IMG/VR virus record: IMGVR_UViG_3300021130_000224
Location: 1-64,000 of that record
From: a virus
DNA: 64,000 bases
Direction: 5' to 3' (one strand)
Positions 25,275 through 35,542 of this stretch are shown here, piece after piece. The notes under the pieces were generated by a model. It was not told the DNA's origin. It was given only the letters and a program-made list of their open reading frames with translations, and searched no databases. A program made the translations under genes and the position numbers. Each line of letters begins with the position of its first letter. Positions within the stretch are counted from its first letter, which is position 1.

Positions 25275-26840
25275 ATGGCATTACAACAGATACCTGGCTA
25301 TAGTTCAGGGTACATTGCGACAAGATACTCCTCTATGAATAAGAGGGCTCTGGGTAAGTTCACGGACTCTAACCATATCCAGATGCTGCATTCAGAATCA
25401 CCTGCAGATTACGACAAAAAGATCATCAGCCTGTACACGCAGACTAGCCTGTACTCAAATGACTTCCTGCAGATGATCATGAAGTCCAAGCCATACTACA
25501 TCAACAAAGCAACTGACTACTGGAAATGGAAAGTAAATGTTCCATATCAGTTCCCTGTGCTTATTGAAATTCCGGACAGCACTCTCAATCTGAGCAATAT
25601 AGGTATTGACCGTCAGACCTTTGAAATGGTATTTGACAAGAAAGAGTTCTTTATCAATGACGTTATTACCGCCAACCGTATGTACGGTCAGCAGTTTATT
25701 GTTATGAATGATCCGGTTCAGTGGGGTCGTGCTTGGAAGTATACAATGCAACTTGTAACTACCAACCCAATGACTACTTCAGTTGATCCACAATGGCTCG
25801 TTGAAGGTCGTGAGTTTGAGTTCCTCTACAATGCTACTGGTGAGTTTGATGAAAGAGGTTCTGGTCTAGGTTCTCTTGGTGACGAGATTACCTTGTATGA
25901 ATCTTTGGGTTCTGCAAACATGGTGGAGCACACTGTAACCGACTGGGCTGATACTAAAGTGGCTAACGCTAATACTCGTGGTACAGACAAAGACGGTAAC
26001 CTGATTGACTTGATTATGTACTCTAAGAAAGTACGTAACCAAGAAGGTGAGCACAAATATGTTACAGCATGGGAACCATTTATTGAAATGGAACTTCGTA
26101 AGCGTATGCTGGACATGAAGGTAAAGAAAATGATCTGGGCACAGGGCGGTTCATCAAATACCGGTTCTGGTACTCAGGAAATGAAGAAACTGTCAATGGG
26201 TGTGTATCCTCGTATGAGAGCATACGGTAACCTAGAGCAGTACAATGCCGGCCAGTTCTCAATCAATATTATCCGTAACGTATTTGGTGATTTGTTCTAC
26301 CGTAGGGAAGATATGAAGAACCGTAGGGTGAAACTGTTCACCAACGAAGCAGGTATCGAAGTATTCCGTACTGCTGCTAAGGATGACCTGTTGAAAGCTG
26401 GTTTCACAATCATTGCTGACAACCGCTTCATCGAAGGTAAAGGCCAGAACATGACCATCAACTGGGCATTTGACTCAATGGTAACTATGGATACAGGTCG
26501 TATCGAAGTATCTCACCTGATGGAGCTTGACCTGCCTCAGACAAACTCTGAGTATGGTCGCAACAAGAAGTCTACTCCGATCTTCATGGTGTTTGATGTT
26601 TCACCTCAAGGTGACCAGATGTCATCTGACAATATCCGTGAGGTTCGTCCGGCATCTGCTCCTAGCATGACTTGGGGTTATGTTGACGGTACTTACCATC
26701 ACATGGGTCACGCAGCTTCTAAGGGAATGAGTTCAGCGAACATGTTCCCAGGTTATAAGATCTGGATGAAAGATCGTTACGATGTGTTTGTTGAAGATAT
26801 CACTCGTACAGCACTTATCGAGCAGGTACCACAGTTCTAA
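25275..26840 (+). CDS. major capsid protein (crAss-like)
   Basis: 521 aa, GKFTDSNHI N-terminal motif, strong high-expression codon bias, gene order. Confidence 0.9.
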   Translation: MALQQIPGYSSGYIATRYSSMNKRALGKFTDSNHIQMLHSESPADYDKKIISLYTQTSLYSNDFLQMIMKSKPYYINKATDYWKWKVNVPYQFPVLIEIPDSTLNLSNIGIDRQTFEMVFDKKEFFINDVITANRMYGQQFIVMNDPVQWGRAWKYTMQLVTTNPMTTSVDPQWLVEGREFEFLYNATGEFDERGSGLGSLGDEITLYESLGSANMVEHTVTDWADTKVANANTRGTDKDGNLIDLIMYSKKVRNQEGEHKYVTAWEPFIEMELRKRMLDMKVKKMIWAQGGSSNTGSGTQEMKKLSMGVYPRMRAYGNLEQYNAGQFSINIIRNVFGDLFYRREDMKNRRVKLFTNEAGIEVFRTAAKDDLLKAGFTIIADNRFIEGKGQNMTINWAFDSMVTMDTGRIEVSHLMELDLPQTNSEYGRNKKSTPIFMVFDVSPQGDQMSSDNIREVRPASAPSMTWGYVDGTYHHMGHAASKGMSSANMFPGYKIWMKDRYDVFVEDITRTALIEQVPQF

Positions 26841-26887
26841 TAAGGATTCTCCTAATAGAATTTGGATAGTAATAAAATTAAGGGTTA

Positions 26888-26914
26888 CGCTCCCCTCACC
26901 CTAAGCAGGGGAGC
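26888..26914 (+). terminator. hairpin after MCP
   Basis: GCTCCCCT...AGGGGAGC with no U-tract, so possibly an mRNA-stabilising or processing stem. Confidence 0.5.
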
Positions 26915-26937
26915 ACCAACTACATACTGTGATTAAA

Positions 26938-27987
26938 ATGGCAAGGATAGCTAAAATCTTACCTCTTCCTGTAGCATACAAGCAAGGAGAGATGACAATG
27001 CAAAACGCCCTAGCAGAAAAGGGATACATGAGACATCCGGGTACCGGAATAGGAATTTGCCCAGTTCAAGGACTTGATGGCAAGTATCTAACTGGTCTTG
27101 ATCCTGAAGCAAACTACATTCGTAGAATGCGAATGGTTAATCCTGAAGCTGCTGACTGTGAGGCAACAATAGTAAAGGAAAGAAAAGAACGTCTTGAAAA
27201 CATAACTGGCTTAGATCTTGGTCCTCGTTCAGAGTATTACTCTGGAGTATACGGAGCAAAATTTAATACCGGTTTGGTAGCATCAAGGGTAAAACTGGTA
27301 GATGGAGAGAACGTCTTCAACTTCAGTAACCCACACAAAGAGATAGAGTTTTGGTGGCTCACGCAGATAACTGATCTTATTGCATTGTCTCAGGAAGAGT
27401 GGAAGAAAGGAAATTGTAAGTCAACTGTACAGTTTTACATTTCCAATCCAGAAGCTGAAGCCGCTATTGTCTATGCTCAGAATATGACCGTAACTAAGGC
27501 TATAGAAACTCTGAGACAGATGGCAGTTGATAGGCAGAGGAAAGTAGCTAAACTAATTGGCCTACCAATCACAGACAACGATAAGCCAGAAATTGTATTC
27601 AACATACTCTATACAATGATATCGAAAGGTTCAATAGAGACTGGTGAGTACAAAGGTCAAAACTCGGTTGACCTGTTTAACAGGATAGCCGGCATGACCG
27701 ACAAACTTCTGACAGTTAGAAGTCTTGTGAGAGAAGCAATCCAACTGAGGGTACTGTCAAAACGTAACGGTATCATTTATGAAGGAGAAGCATCAATAGC
27801 TCAGTCTGAAGATCAGTTGATAGATGAACTATCACTTGATTCAAAACAGATGGAGCGACTGGCTCTCGAAACAAGAGTAGCAGACAAGAAGAAAATCAAG
27901 AACAGCATTGAAAATTATTCATATGTTGCTCCTGAGAAAACCGAAGAGGCTAATGCCAAATCAACCAAAGCAGAGGGCAAAAAGTAA
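26938..27987 (+). CDS. conserved crAss-like capsid-module protein (gene after MCP)
   Basis: position; YLTGLD motif. Confidence 0.75.
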   Translation: MARIAKILPLPVAYKQGEMTMQNALAEKGYMRHPGTGIGICPVQGLDGKYLTGLDPEANYIRRMRMVNPEAADCEATIVKERKERLENITGLDLGPRSEYYSGVYGAKFNTGLVASRVKLVDGENVFNFSNPHKEIEFWWLTQITDLIALSQEEWKKGNCKSTVQFYISNPEAEAAIVYAQNMTVTKAIETLRQMAVDRQRKVAKLIGLPITDNDKPEIVFNILYTMISKGSIETGEYKGQNSVDLFNRIAGMTDKLLTVRSLVREAIQLRVLSKRNGIIYEGEASIAQSEDQLIDELSLDSKQMERLALETRVADKKKIKNSIENYSYVAPEKTEEANAKSTKAEGKK

Positions 27988-27996
27988 CCATTATGT

Positions 27997-28725
27997 ATGA
28001 TACCAGTTCAGAATTTATTATTTGCCATAGATACCAAAGCCAACCGGCTTAGTAATCTGAGGGGACAGTTCATACCTAATGAAACCAAGATAGATCTTTT
28101 AAATAAGGCCCAGGTAAAACTGGTATTGAAGAAAATCGACCCGAACAATGTGTATCAGTTAGGGATGGATGCCTTCTCAAAAAGATATGAAGACCTGCAA
28201 AATTTTCAGGTCACATATGAGAAGCTCACCTTAACTACTACACCCGGGGACGTACTTAATAGTTATTTTGTACCGTTTAGTTCAATGTCAAATGATATGA
28301 TGATCCCAACTACCTCTTATGTACTTGCTACTAAAGGTAACTGTAAGGATAGGTTACTTGATGTCATTGATTTTATGAAGCATGCGGATATCAGAATGTT
28401 ATTAAAATCTCCTCACTACCAGCCAAGTTTTAACTACCAGGAAACATTGGGTGTAATATCTGGAGATAAAATATATGTCTACAGTGATTCACAAAATAGT
28501 TTTACTCCCAATGAATTGTATTTATCGTATCTTCGTTACCCAAAGGACATGGATATAACTGGATATGTTCATCTTGATGGTACATTATCTACTACAGTAG
28601 ATTGTGAACTTGAAAGTTACCTTGAGGATGAGTTGGTAGATTTAGTTGTTACTGAGCTTGGAGATGCTACAGCTAATCAAGAATTATCACAGTATAGTAG
28701 AGTAAGAACAAAAGAAAACGAATAA
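27997..28725 (+). CDS. head-tail adaptor/ring protein
   Basis: IDLLNKAQ...LSYLRYP...DCELESYLEDELVDL, typical of crAss ring proteins. Confidence 0.75.
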   Translation: MIPVQNLLFAIDTKANRLSNLRGQFIPNETKIDLLNKAQVKLVLKKIDPNNVYQLGMDAFSKRYEDLQNFQVTYEKLTLTTTPGDVLNSYFVPFSSMSNDMMIPTTSYVLATKGNCKDRLLDVIDFMKHADIRMLLKSPHYQPSFNYQETLGVISGDKIYVYSDSQNSFTPNELYLSYLRYPKDMDITGYVHLDGTLSTTVDCELESYLEDELVDLVVTELGDATANQELSQYSRVRTKENE

Positions 28726-28753
28726 TAACTTTAAAAACTTAAAATAAAGCAAA

Positions 28754-29911
28754 ATGGCAGACTTTTCATTAACCAACCTCTTTGTAGTATCAAAGAGCAA
28801 CACGTTACCAACAACAGGATCAACTAACAACCTGACCTCAAGTCCGGCACAGTTTGGTATCTTCCTCCCTGATAATACCCCGGCAACGGTTGCTACTGTG
28901 GGTAATGCAAAGTATATATACCTTGCTCAAGGTAGGAATATTTACTCTGCAAATGAAGGCAGTAAAAAATCAGATCTGATTGTTGGTGCAAATGTACTTG
29001 AATGGTACAAGGTTACCGGTAGCTTGACGGCTAAGACCCAGATCACTCAGGTAACATTCATACCTAATGGTGCAATTGCACTGGCTTGTCAACAAGATGT
29101 ATCTATAACAATCCGTTTGGATTCATTCTATATCAGGGCAGCATATAACAACTCACTGACTCGTACAGTGATGATTACAACACCATGTTGCTCTTGCGGT
29201 GCAAATCCATGTGACAGCTTAACTACCAGTCAGATACAACAAGTGAATGAAGCTTTTGTTACAGCTATCAATAATGATAGTATCCTGAATCAGTTTGTAA
29301 CTGCTTCTCTTTCTACTGATCTGAACAGTTTCTATATCACCGGTAAAACGCTGCAGACTTATGGACAGGGTACATCAGTCGATCTGACCAACTTCCCTTA
29401 CCAATTTGACCGCATGTCATTCTGGACATACATCATGGAAGGTCCGGATCTGACTACTGACTATGAGGTGCAGAACTACTGTAACACATATGGTACAGCT
29501 ACTATCCTGCAGAGAGCAAATTATCCTCAGCTTACACCAGCTGAAGTACAGCAGCTTGAAAAAGACTTCTTCTCATATCAGGCTGAGTACAAACATATCT
29601 TCAGCAATGTCAACTACAATGGAGAGTTCCAGACATACGTTGACAGTACTGCAGCATATGACTTGTACTACATCAGGTTCTGGCAACCACAGGTTACTGG
29701 TCGTGACGTAGGTACTACACGTATGGATGAAACAGTAATAATTGCAATTCCGCAAGATATTACTCCACCAAACGGTACTGCAATCACAGCAATATTGACA
29801 GCGTTCTTGGGTAATGCTGATAACGATACTACTGCAAATACTACCGCTACTACTACTTACTCAACAAGTACTAACACTACTACAACAAGTACTACAGTAC
29901 AGGTTCCTTAA
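28754..29911 (+). CDS. auxiliary capsid/structural protein with Thr-rich tail
   Basis: high-expression codon bias, position, followed by a terminator. Confidence 0.7.
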   Translation: MADFSLTNLFVVSKSNTLPTTGSTNNLTSSPAQFGIFLPDNTPATVATVGNAKYIYLAQGRNIYSANEGSKKSDLIVGANVLEWYKVTGSLTAKTQITQVTFIPNGAIALACQQDVSITIRLDSFYIRAAYNNSLTRTVMITTPCCSCGANPCDSLTTSQIQQVNEAFVTAINNDSILNQFVTASLSTDLNSFYITGKTLQTYGQGTSVDLTNFPYQFDRMSFWTYIMEGPDLTTDYEVQNYCNTYGTATILQRANYPQLTPAEVQQLEKDFFSYQAEYKHIFSNVNYNGEFQTYVDSTAAYDLYYIRFWQPQVTGRDVGTTRMDETVIIAIPQDITPPNGTAITAILTAFLGNADNDTTANTTATTTYSTSTNTTTTSTTVQVP

Positions 29912-29936
29912 TAGTAAGTACAATCCGTAACTGACC

Positions 29937-29974
29937 AAAGGGGGATAGGGGAAATTGCCTCTGTCCCCCTTTTT
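29937..29974 (+). terminator. intrinsic terminator
   Basis: AAAGGGGGA...TCCCCCTTTTT. Confidence 0.8.
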
Positions 29975-29989
29975 CTTAAAACTAAAATT

Positions 29990-30304
29990 ATGTTTTCTTC
30001 TGATATTTTATGGGTAATGATATTAGGTGTGTTTATTGGAATAGCATTTATTATAGGTGCTGTTGTATATGTAAACAAACTATTTATTCATGAAACAAAA
30101 GAAATACTGGTTAGGTTTATATTAATGGTATTTGCAGCTCTTGTTGCTGTATTTATAATAGATAAAGTAGTAGCATTTAAGATTAAATTATTGTCTGATG
30201 AAATAAGCAGTCAGTTATTTGATTTAATTAAGACCCTAACTTTGATGATATTCTCATATTATTTCGGGACTCAAAAAAACAATACTGAAAATGGCAAAGC
30301 TTGA
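29990..30304 (+). CDS. holin-like membrane protein
   Basis: three hydrophobic segments, SYYFGT motif, directly upstream of the lysin. Confidence 0.65.
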   Translation: MFSSDILWVMILGVFIGIAFIIGAVVYVNKLFIHETKEILVRFILMVFAALVAVFIIDKVVAFKIKLLSDEISSQLFDLIKTLTLMIFSYYFGTQKNNTENGKA

Positions 30305-30710
30305 AATAGCATTAGATGGCACCTTAAAGAATGAGGGCTTTTACGGTAACGATCCTTCTGATACAGGTGGTGAAACTCTTTGGGGCATAGCTAGAAAACC
30401 AAACCCAAAATGGGTTGGTTGGCCTATCGTTGACTCATTAAAAAATGAAGATCATTTCCCTCAATGTTTAAAAGAAAATAGTGAACTCTTTGAAGCAAGA
30501 GATTTGTTTTATAGGGAAGCATTTTGGAATGTAATTAAAGGTGATGATATAATCAACCAAGAGGTTGCCAACGATCTGTTTGATAAAGCAGTCAATATGG
30601 GAGTGCATCAAGCAGTAGTACTTTGTCAAAGATCATTAGATGTACCTGAGACTGGTAAAATGGACAGTAGTACCATTAATGTATTAAATACAAATAATCC
30701 ATACGCATGA
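30291..30710 (+). CDS. endolysin, glycosyl hydrolase family 108
   Basis: NEGFYGNDPSDTGGETLWGI...FDKAVNMG. Confidence 0.9.
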   Translation: MAKLEIALDGTLKNEGFYGNDPSDTGGETLWGIARKPNPKWVGWPIVDSLKNEDHFPQCLKENSELFEARDLFYREAFWNVIKGDDIINQEVANDLFDKAVNMGVHQAVVLCQRSLDVPETGKMDSSTINVLNTNNPYA

Positions 30711-31024
30711 AAGAGAAATTAAAAATAGCTATAGTAATAATTGCAAAAATTATTATTACAATATTGATGTTTTGGTATTGTACTTCACCTGCAAAGGCCC
30801 AGTCAATAATAAAACCAGTAGATAGTTGTACTTACTACAAGCGTAAACTGGATACTACGATGCATCAGTTGTATATGACCAGAATGCAGATAAATGCAGC
30901 CAAGTTCTATATTAAGATCTGTCAGAAAAGACCGGCTAATAAGAAGTTTTTCTATGGCTGGATGACACAAAGAGCTATTGTAGATAAGCCAAGTTTTGAC
31001 CCATCACCAATTACTGTTAAATAA
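30707..31024 (+). CDS. signal/TM-anchored protein, possibly lysis accessory
   Basis: N-terminal hydrophobic helix and AKA-Q cleavage-like site. Confidence 0.6.
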   Translation: MKEKLKIAIVIIAKIIITILMFWYCTSPAKAQSIIKPVDSCTYYKRKLDTTMHQLYMTRMQINAAKFYIKICQKRPANKKFFYGWMTQRAIVDKPSFDPSPITVK

Positions 31025-31030
31025 AAAACA

Positions 31031-31603
31031 ATGTTAGTACAACAACTTCCGGATCTTGAACTTGCTCTTATTGATTTAAGAGATAGTTCGGTTATTGCTA
31101 TAAGTGATTTAAGTACTTACGGTGCTATACCTTCATCAAACCAACTTGCACTACAAATAACTCCTCCAGGATACCCAACTGTAAATGTTCCATTTAGTCC
31201 ATTGAATGTAAATGTATACAAGTGTGTTGATCTTGGAGTTACCTGTTCTGATTCAGGTTGTACACCTTTACCAGATGGTATATATGAAATAGTATATACT
31301 GTAGTAAATGTTCAACCCAATGCTGTAATCAGTAAAAAGTTTATTAAGATTGATACAATCAAATGCAAGTACCAACATGCTTTCCTCAAGGTAGATCTTG
31401 AATGTGGTTGTCACAATCCATCATACGCAAATTACATGACCGAACTCCGTTCAATTAAACTGTACATAGATGGAAGTGTTGCTGAGTGTAATGCAGGAAA
31501 TTATAGGCTTTCTGGAGAGTACTATAAAAAAGCTGACATGATGCTGGATAAGTTATCTTGCAAATTTCCGGGAAGTAAATGGAAACAATGTAGTAACTGT
31601 TAA
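31031..31603 (+). CDS. tail/virion protein (Cys-rich)
   Basis: PLPDGIYEIVY motif of Bacteroidota phage structural proteins. Confidence 0.75.
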   Translation: MLVQQLPDLELALIDLRDSSVIAISDLSTYGAIPSSNQLALQITPPGYPTVNVPFSPLNVNVYKCVDLGVTCSDSGCTPLPDGIYEIVYTVVNVQPNAVISKKFIKIDTIKCKYQHAFLKVDLECGCHNPSYANYMTELRSIKLYIDGSVAECNAGNYRLSGEYYKKADMMLDKLSCKFPGSKWKQCSNC

Positions 31604-31613
31604 ACTAAAGTAT

Positions 31614-31778
31614 ATGGCTTGCAATAGAGTAAAATGCGTAAATCAAACTTGTAGTGTCATTCTTCCTGCATGTCAGATGATACAAGGAATGTGCCCTACT
31701 TGTTACGTAAACAAGAATCAACAACAACAAAACAAAACTGTAAATGTTCTTAATCAATCCAACATTAACCGACACTAA
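31614..31778 (+). CDS. 54-aa Cys-rich mini-protein (not in the ORF track)
   Basis: MACNRVKCVNQTCSVILPACQMIQGMCPTCYVNKNQQQQ...; fills the gap between tail genes. Confidence 0.65.
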   Translation: MACNRVKCVNQTCSVILPACQMIQGMCPTCYVNKNQQQQNKTVNVLNQSNINRH

Positions 31779-32016
31779 CCTGAACAATGATGGGTACAAT
31801 AACTTGCTTGATGGCATTGATAGAACCATTGCTAATCTTGCAAGTACACAGTATCTTAATCATGTGAATGGTTATCAGAACAAAGTAGATTTTACTTTGT
31901 ATGACAGGCTATGTGAGTACAGAGAGATCTTAATGGATAAATTCATGGGATGTAATTGTCTGGATGATGAGTATACAATATACATAATTTCAAAAGTTCA
32001 AAAACTAATTTGCTAA
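31744..32016 (+). CDS. small virion protein
   Basis: 90 aa in tail operon. Confidence 0.75.
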   Translation: MFLINPTLTDTNLNNDGYNNLLDGIDRTIANLASTQYLNHVNGYQNKVDFTLYDRLCEYREILMDKFMGCNCLDDEYTIYIISKVQKLIC

Positions 32017-32017
32017 T

Positions 32018-33211
32018 ATGGGAAGTGCATGTAATAATTCAGTAAGTAATAATTACTTTGAAAAGCTGACACCAGACACAGGAATAGTGTATACTGGCCC
32101 GACTATAACTGCCTTGGGTATTTGTACAGGAGATAGGTTAAATGAAGTAGAGGCAGTGCTTCTTCAAAAGATACTTGACTATGCTACCGGTGTGGGAATA
32201 TCAATACCAAGTATTGATCTTACTACATGTACAGCTTTTACAAGCTGTATTACCTGTTGCAATAATGGTTGCACAGATCTTCCTTGTTTACTTGAATGTT
32301 ACAAGACAGCTATATGTACAATATGGGGAGATGTACAAACTTTGCAGTCTCAGGTAAGTGCACTGCTTGATGGTCCTTACAATACAGGTTGCTTGACTGG
32401 TCTTTCAACTAACCCAACCCTCAACCAGATCATTCAGCAGTTGATACTTCAATTCTGCACACTGCAAACACAAGTCGCCACCTTGACAACACAGGTAACT
32501 AATCTTACAACAGGGCTCCCGGTGCAAATAGGAAACTTCTTGTTGAATGCCCTTACTACCTGTCAAGGTACTAATACCCTTGTAACAACTGGTGCAGGTG
32601 CAAGTGCACAGATAGCATTTAAAGGATTTGTACCTATAGGTGCCATCATACCATATGCCGGACCTACAACAAATAAATTTGATTCAACAGGGCTTGGTCT
32701 TGCAAATACCGATGTATGTGACTTTGCCCTCTGTAATGGTAAAAATGGTACAGTAGATATGAGGGAGCAGGTACCTGTAGGTTGTGGTGCAGGGGTAATG
32801 GGTGGTAGTACACTACCCTCAAATGCCAGTGGTGCCAACTATGCATTAGGTGCTTTGGTAGGACAAGCTTCAGTAACATTGCTTTCTAACCAGTCAGGCT
32901 TTCCTGGTTCTGCAATTACCATAGTTGATAATGGACATGACCATGTTTTATATTTTAATCAAAGAAATGGTAATTTTACAACAAATGGTAGCAATGGTTA
33001 TATGGATGCTACTTCTGTACCTGGTTCTAATACAGGAGGCACAGCACCATTTGTACCTGCAAATAATGTAGTATCAGGTTCAACTATTCAAGCAAAAATA
33101 AGTAAATCATATAGTAATATATCAATAAGTGCAACTGCGACAAACGCTCAACAGTCACATGAAAACAGACAGCCTTCAAGGGCATTGTTATACATTCAAA
33201 GAATAGCATAA
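32018..33211 (+). CDS. tail fibre with collar domain
   Basis: VPIGAIIPY...FALCNGKNGTVDMR..VPVG...SHENRQPSRALLYIQR. Confidence 0.8.
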   Translation: MGSACNNSVSNNYFEKLTPDTGIVYTGPTITALGICTGDRLNEVEAVLLQKILDYATGVGISIPSIDLTTCTAFTSCITCCNNGCTDLPCLLECYKTAICTIWGDVQTLQSQVSALLDGPYNTGCLTGLSTNPTLNQIIQQLILQFCTLQTQVATLTTQVTNLTTGLPVQIGNFLLNALTTCQGTNTLVTTGAGASAQIAFKGFVPIGAIIPYAGPTTNKFDSTGLGLANTDVCDFALCNGKNGTVDMREQVPVGCGAGVMGGSTLPSNASGANYALGALVGQASVTLLSNQSGFPGSAITIVDNGHDHVLYFNQRNGNFTTNGSNGYMDATSVPGSNTGGTAPFVPANNVVSGSTIQAKISKSYSNISISATATNAQQSHENRQPSRALLYIQRIA

Positions 33212-33720
33212 TGAGTACTATTTGTTGTCCTCCGGGTTCCGTATATGTAGATGGGTCAGGTAATTATACTGACCCTTCACCCATTATTGGTACAGGTCAT
33301 GTTAGTAATGCAACTAGTTCAGGTGTTATTAATGCATGTAATAGATTAGTTAATATTACTCCTAATGTATCTGCAGTTGCAATACCTACTGGCAGTAGTA
33401 CAGTAAATTGTTTATGTTGTCCTTCTGGATACACATATAGCTCATATACCGGTAAATGTGTAGGATTGAGTTCTCTTGACCCTGCTGTTCCAACTGTGCC
33501 TTGTATTACTTGTGTTTGTCCTCCAGCAATTATAAATACTTGCCCTACTTGCGGAACTCAAGGACACGCAATTGTTTTTAAATTTGATTTTAATAAAAAG
33601 GCATGTTATAATTGTACACCTCAAGATAACAATGGTCCAAGTTGTCTTGATTCTTTTTTACCTCCACAGTATATTGATCCGATAATTGATTTTGAACTTA
33701 GAAATAAAAACTTTATATAA
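33211..33720 (+). CDS. very Cys-rich virion protein
   Basis: CCPPG, CLCCPSGY, CITCVC, CPTC, CYNC. Confidence 0.75.
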   Translation: MSTICCPPGSVYVDGSGNYTDPSPIIGTGHVSNATSSGVINACNRLVNITPNVSAVAIPTGSSTVNCLCCPSGYTYSSYTGKCVGLSSLDPAVPTVPCITCVCPPAIINTCPTCGTQGHAIVFKFDFNKKACYNCTPQDNNGPSCLDSFLPPQYIDPIIDFELRNKNFI

Positions 33721-35540
33721 TGGCATACGATAGCACCCTGGTAGTTTATACCAATGTACCGCTTACATATATTAATGTAACTCCGGGAATGAACCTGCAA
33801 ACAATATTGCAGAACATTAATACTGCTGTAAATACAATGAACCCTGCTCCAAATTATAGCGGTTATAATCTTGGACCGTATTATGGTTACAGTATTACAC
33901 AAACAGATGGTACATCTCATCCTACTAATACTCAAAACTTTGCTGAGGGTATAAGTAAAATTGTATGTAAAACAGAAAGTGATCTTTACACTTTTATCAA
34001 TACTACTTATCCTGCAAATCAGACAACATTAAGTAATGCAATAACAGCATTGCAAATTCCTGGTTTGACATATTCTTATACTGGTGGGGGAGGTTCAATT
34101 TCTATCACAAGTGGTATGACAAGAAACCAAGTATTAACTGCTACGTATACAGGAGTAGGTAACATACTTGCACTTTTGAATGCTCCAGGTAGTACATGGA
34201 GTACATTGTCTATATCTACTCCTACTAATATAAATACCGCATTTAACTCATTGATTGCTTATTTATCTAATCTTACAACATCACTTAGTGGATATCAAAC
34301 TGCAATAGGTACATTTGACAACTCTGCAAATTGTCTTGCAGGTACAAGTACAGATAGTGTTAGGACTACAATTAGCTCTATTATAACTTACATATGTAAT
34401 ACTTTACCTTCATTTAACGCATCATCTATAACTACAAGTTGTTTAACTACTCAAACAAGTCTTCAAAATTGGGTGCAGCAATTAGCACACGCTGTAGATG
34501 GTCTTATAAATTCAACTGTAGTAGGTGTAACAGATAGTTCATTAATTGCAACAAGTACAAGTTGTGGGGGTAAAACTTTGTCTATTAATCCTTCTTCAAG
34601 TCTTGTTACTAAAGTACTTAATAGTTCATCTGATACTACCCCAGGCTATTTAAGTAATAAAGTATCTGCAGGTTCAAATATCACTATCAGTACTCTTAAT
34701 TCAGGAGCTAATGAACAGATACAGATATCTGCAACATTGCCTACTCCTAATCAAGTTGCTGTAAACTCATCTGATATTGCTCCGGCCTTTCTACAAAATA
34801 AATTACCAACTACTGCAGGTACTTGGGGGTTATCAATAAATGTTGCACCAAGTTCTGATAATACTCAATTATATTTACAACCGCAAGTAAATGATCCATA
34901 TGCATTTATTCAAAACATGTTTAAGTATATAAGTAGTGATCCAAATTTACTTGCATTATTTTGTACTTTAGTTTCTGAGTGTAATGGCAATCAATGTTAT
35001 CCACCTACTGCACTTATTGTTACAATATCTGGATCTACATTTAATTTATCTTGGACATATGGTGCAAATAATACATCACAGATTGTAGGCTACAGACAGA
35101 GAGGTAATGTTGATTTTATAACAAATGCAAATATTACATCTGCTAATCCGCAGTCTTCTACTACTAATAGTGCAAGTGTTACTGGTCTTAATAACAATAC
35201 TGTTTATCAGTTCCAAATAACTTCCATTTGTACATCAAGTAATAGTCTTAGTAATATATATGAGTCTGTAATATTCTCTCAGCAAAGTATTACAGATGGT
35301 GTAAACGCTGGAGTAATATCTGTAAATCAGGCACCAATGCCTACTGTAAATACAATAACTTATACTTTATATTCTGGACAATCTCCTGTGCAAACTGTAT
35401 ATGGTACAGGAATAAATCCTGTTGCTAAATTTGCAGCAGTTAGTTCAGGTAACTATACAGTTAAATATAGTTATACAACATTGGTAAATGGCATAAATGT
35501 AACCAGTTCAACTTATACATCAGGTACTATAACAGTATAA
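33720..35540 (+). CDS. tail fibre/spike protein with FnIII-like domains
   Basis: S/T-rich; LSW..VTGLNNNTVYQFQITSIC. Confidence 0.75.
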   Translation: MAYDSTLVVYTNVPLTYINVTPGMNLQTILQNINTAVNTMNPAPNYSGYNLGPYYGYSITQTDGTSHPTNTQNFAEGISKIVCKTESDLYTFINTTYPANQTTLSNAITALQIPGLTYSYTGGGGSISITSGMTRNQVLTATYTGVGNILALLNAPGSTWSTLSISTPTNINTAFNSLIAYLSNLTTSLSGYQTAIGTFDNSANCLAGTSTDSVRTTISSIITYICNTLPSFNASSITTSCLTTQTSLQNWVQQLAHAVDGLINSTVVGVTDSSLIATSTSCGGKTLSINPSSSLVTKVLNSSSDTTPGYLSNKVSAGSNITISTLNSGANEQIQISATLPTPNQVAVNSSDIAPAFLQNKLPTTAGTWGLSINVAPSSDNTQLYLQPQVNDPYAFIQNMFKYISSDPNLLALFCTLVSECNGNQCYPPTALIVTISGSTFNLSWTYGANNTSQIVGYRQRGNVDFITNANITSANPQSSTTNSASVTGLNNNTVYQFQITSICTSSNSLSNIYESVIFSQQSITDGVNAGVISVNQAPMPTVNTITYTLYSGQSPVQTVYGTGINPVAKFAAVSSGNYTVKYSYTTLVNGINVTSSTYTSGTITV

Positions 35541-35542
35541 CC

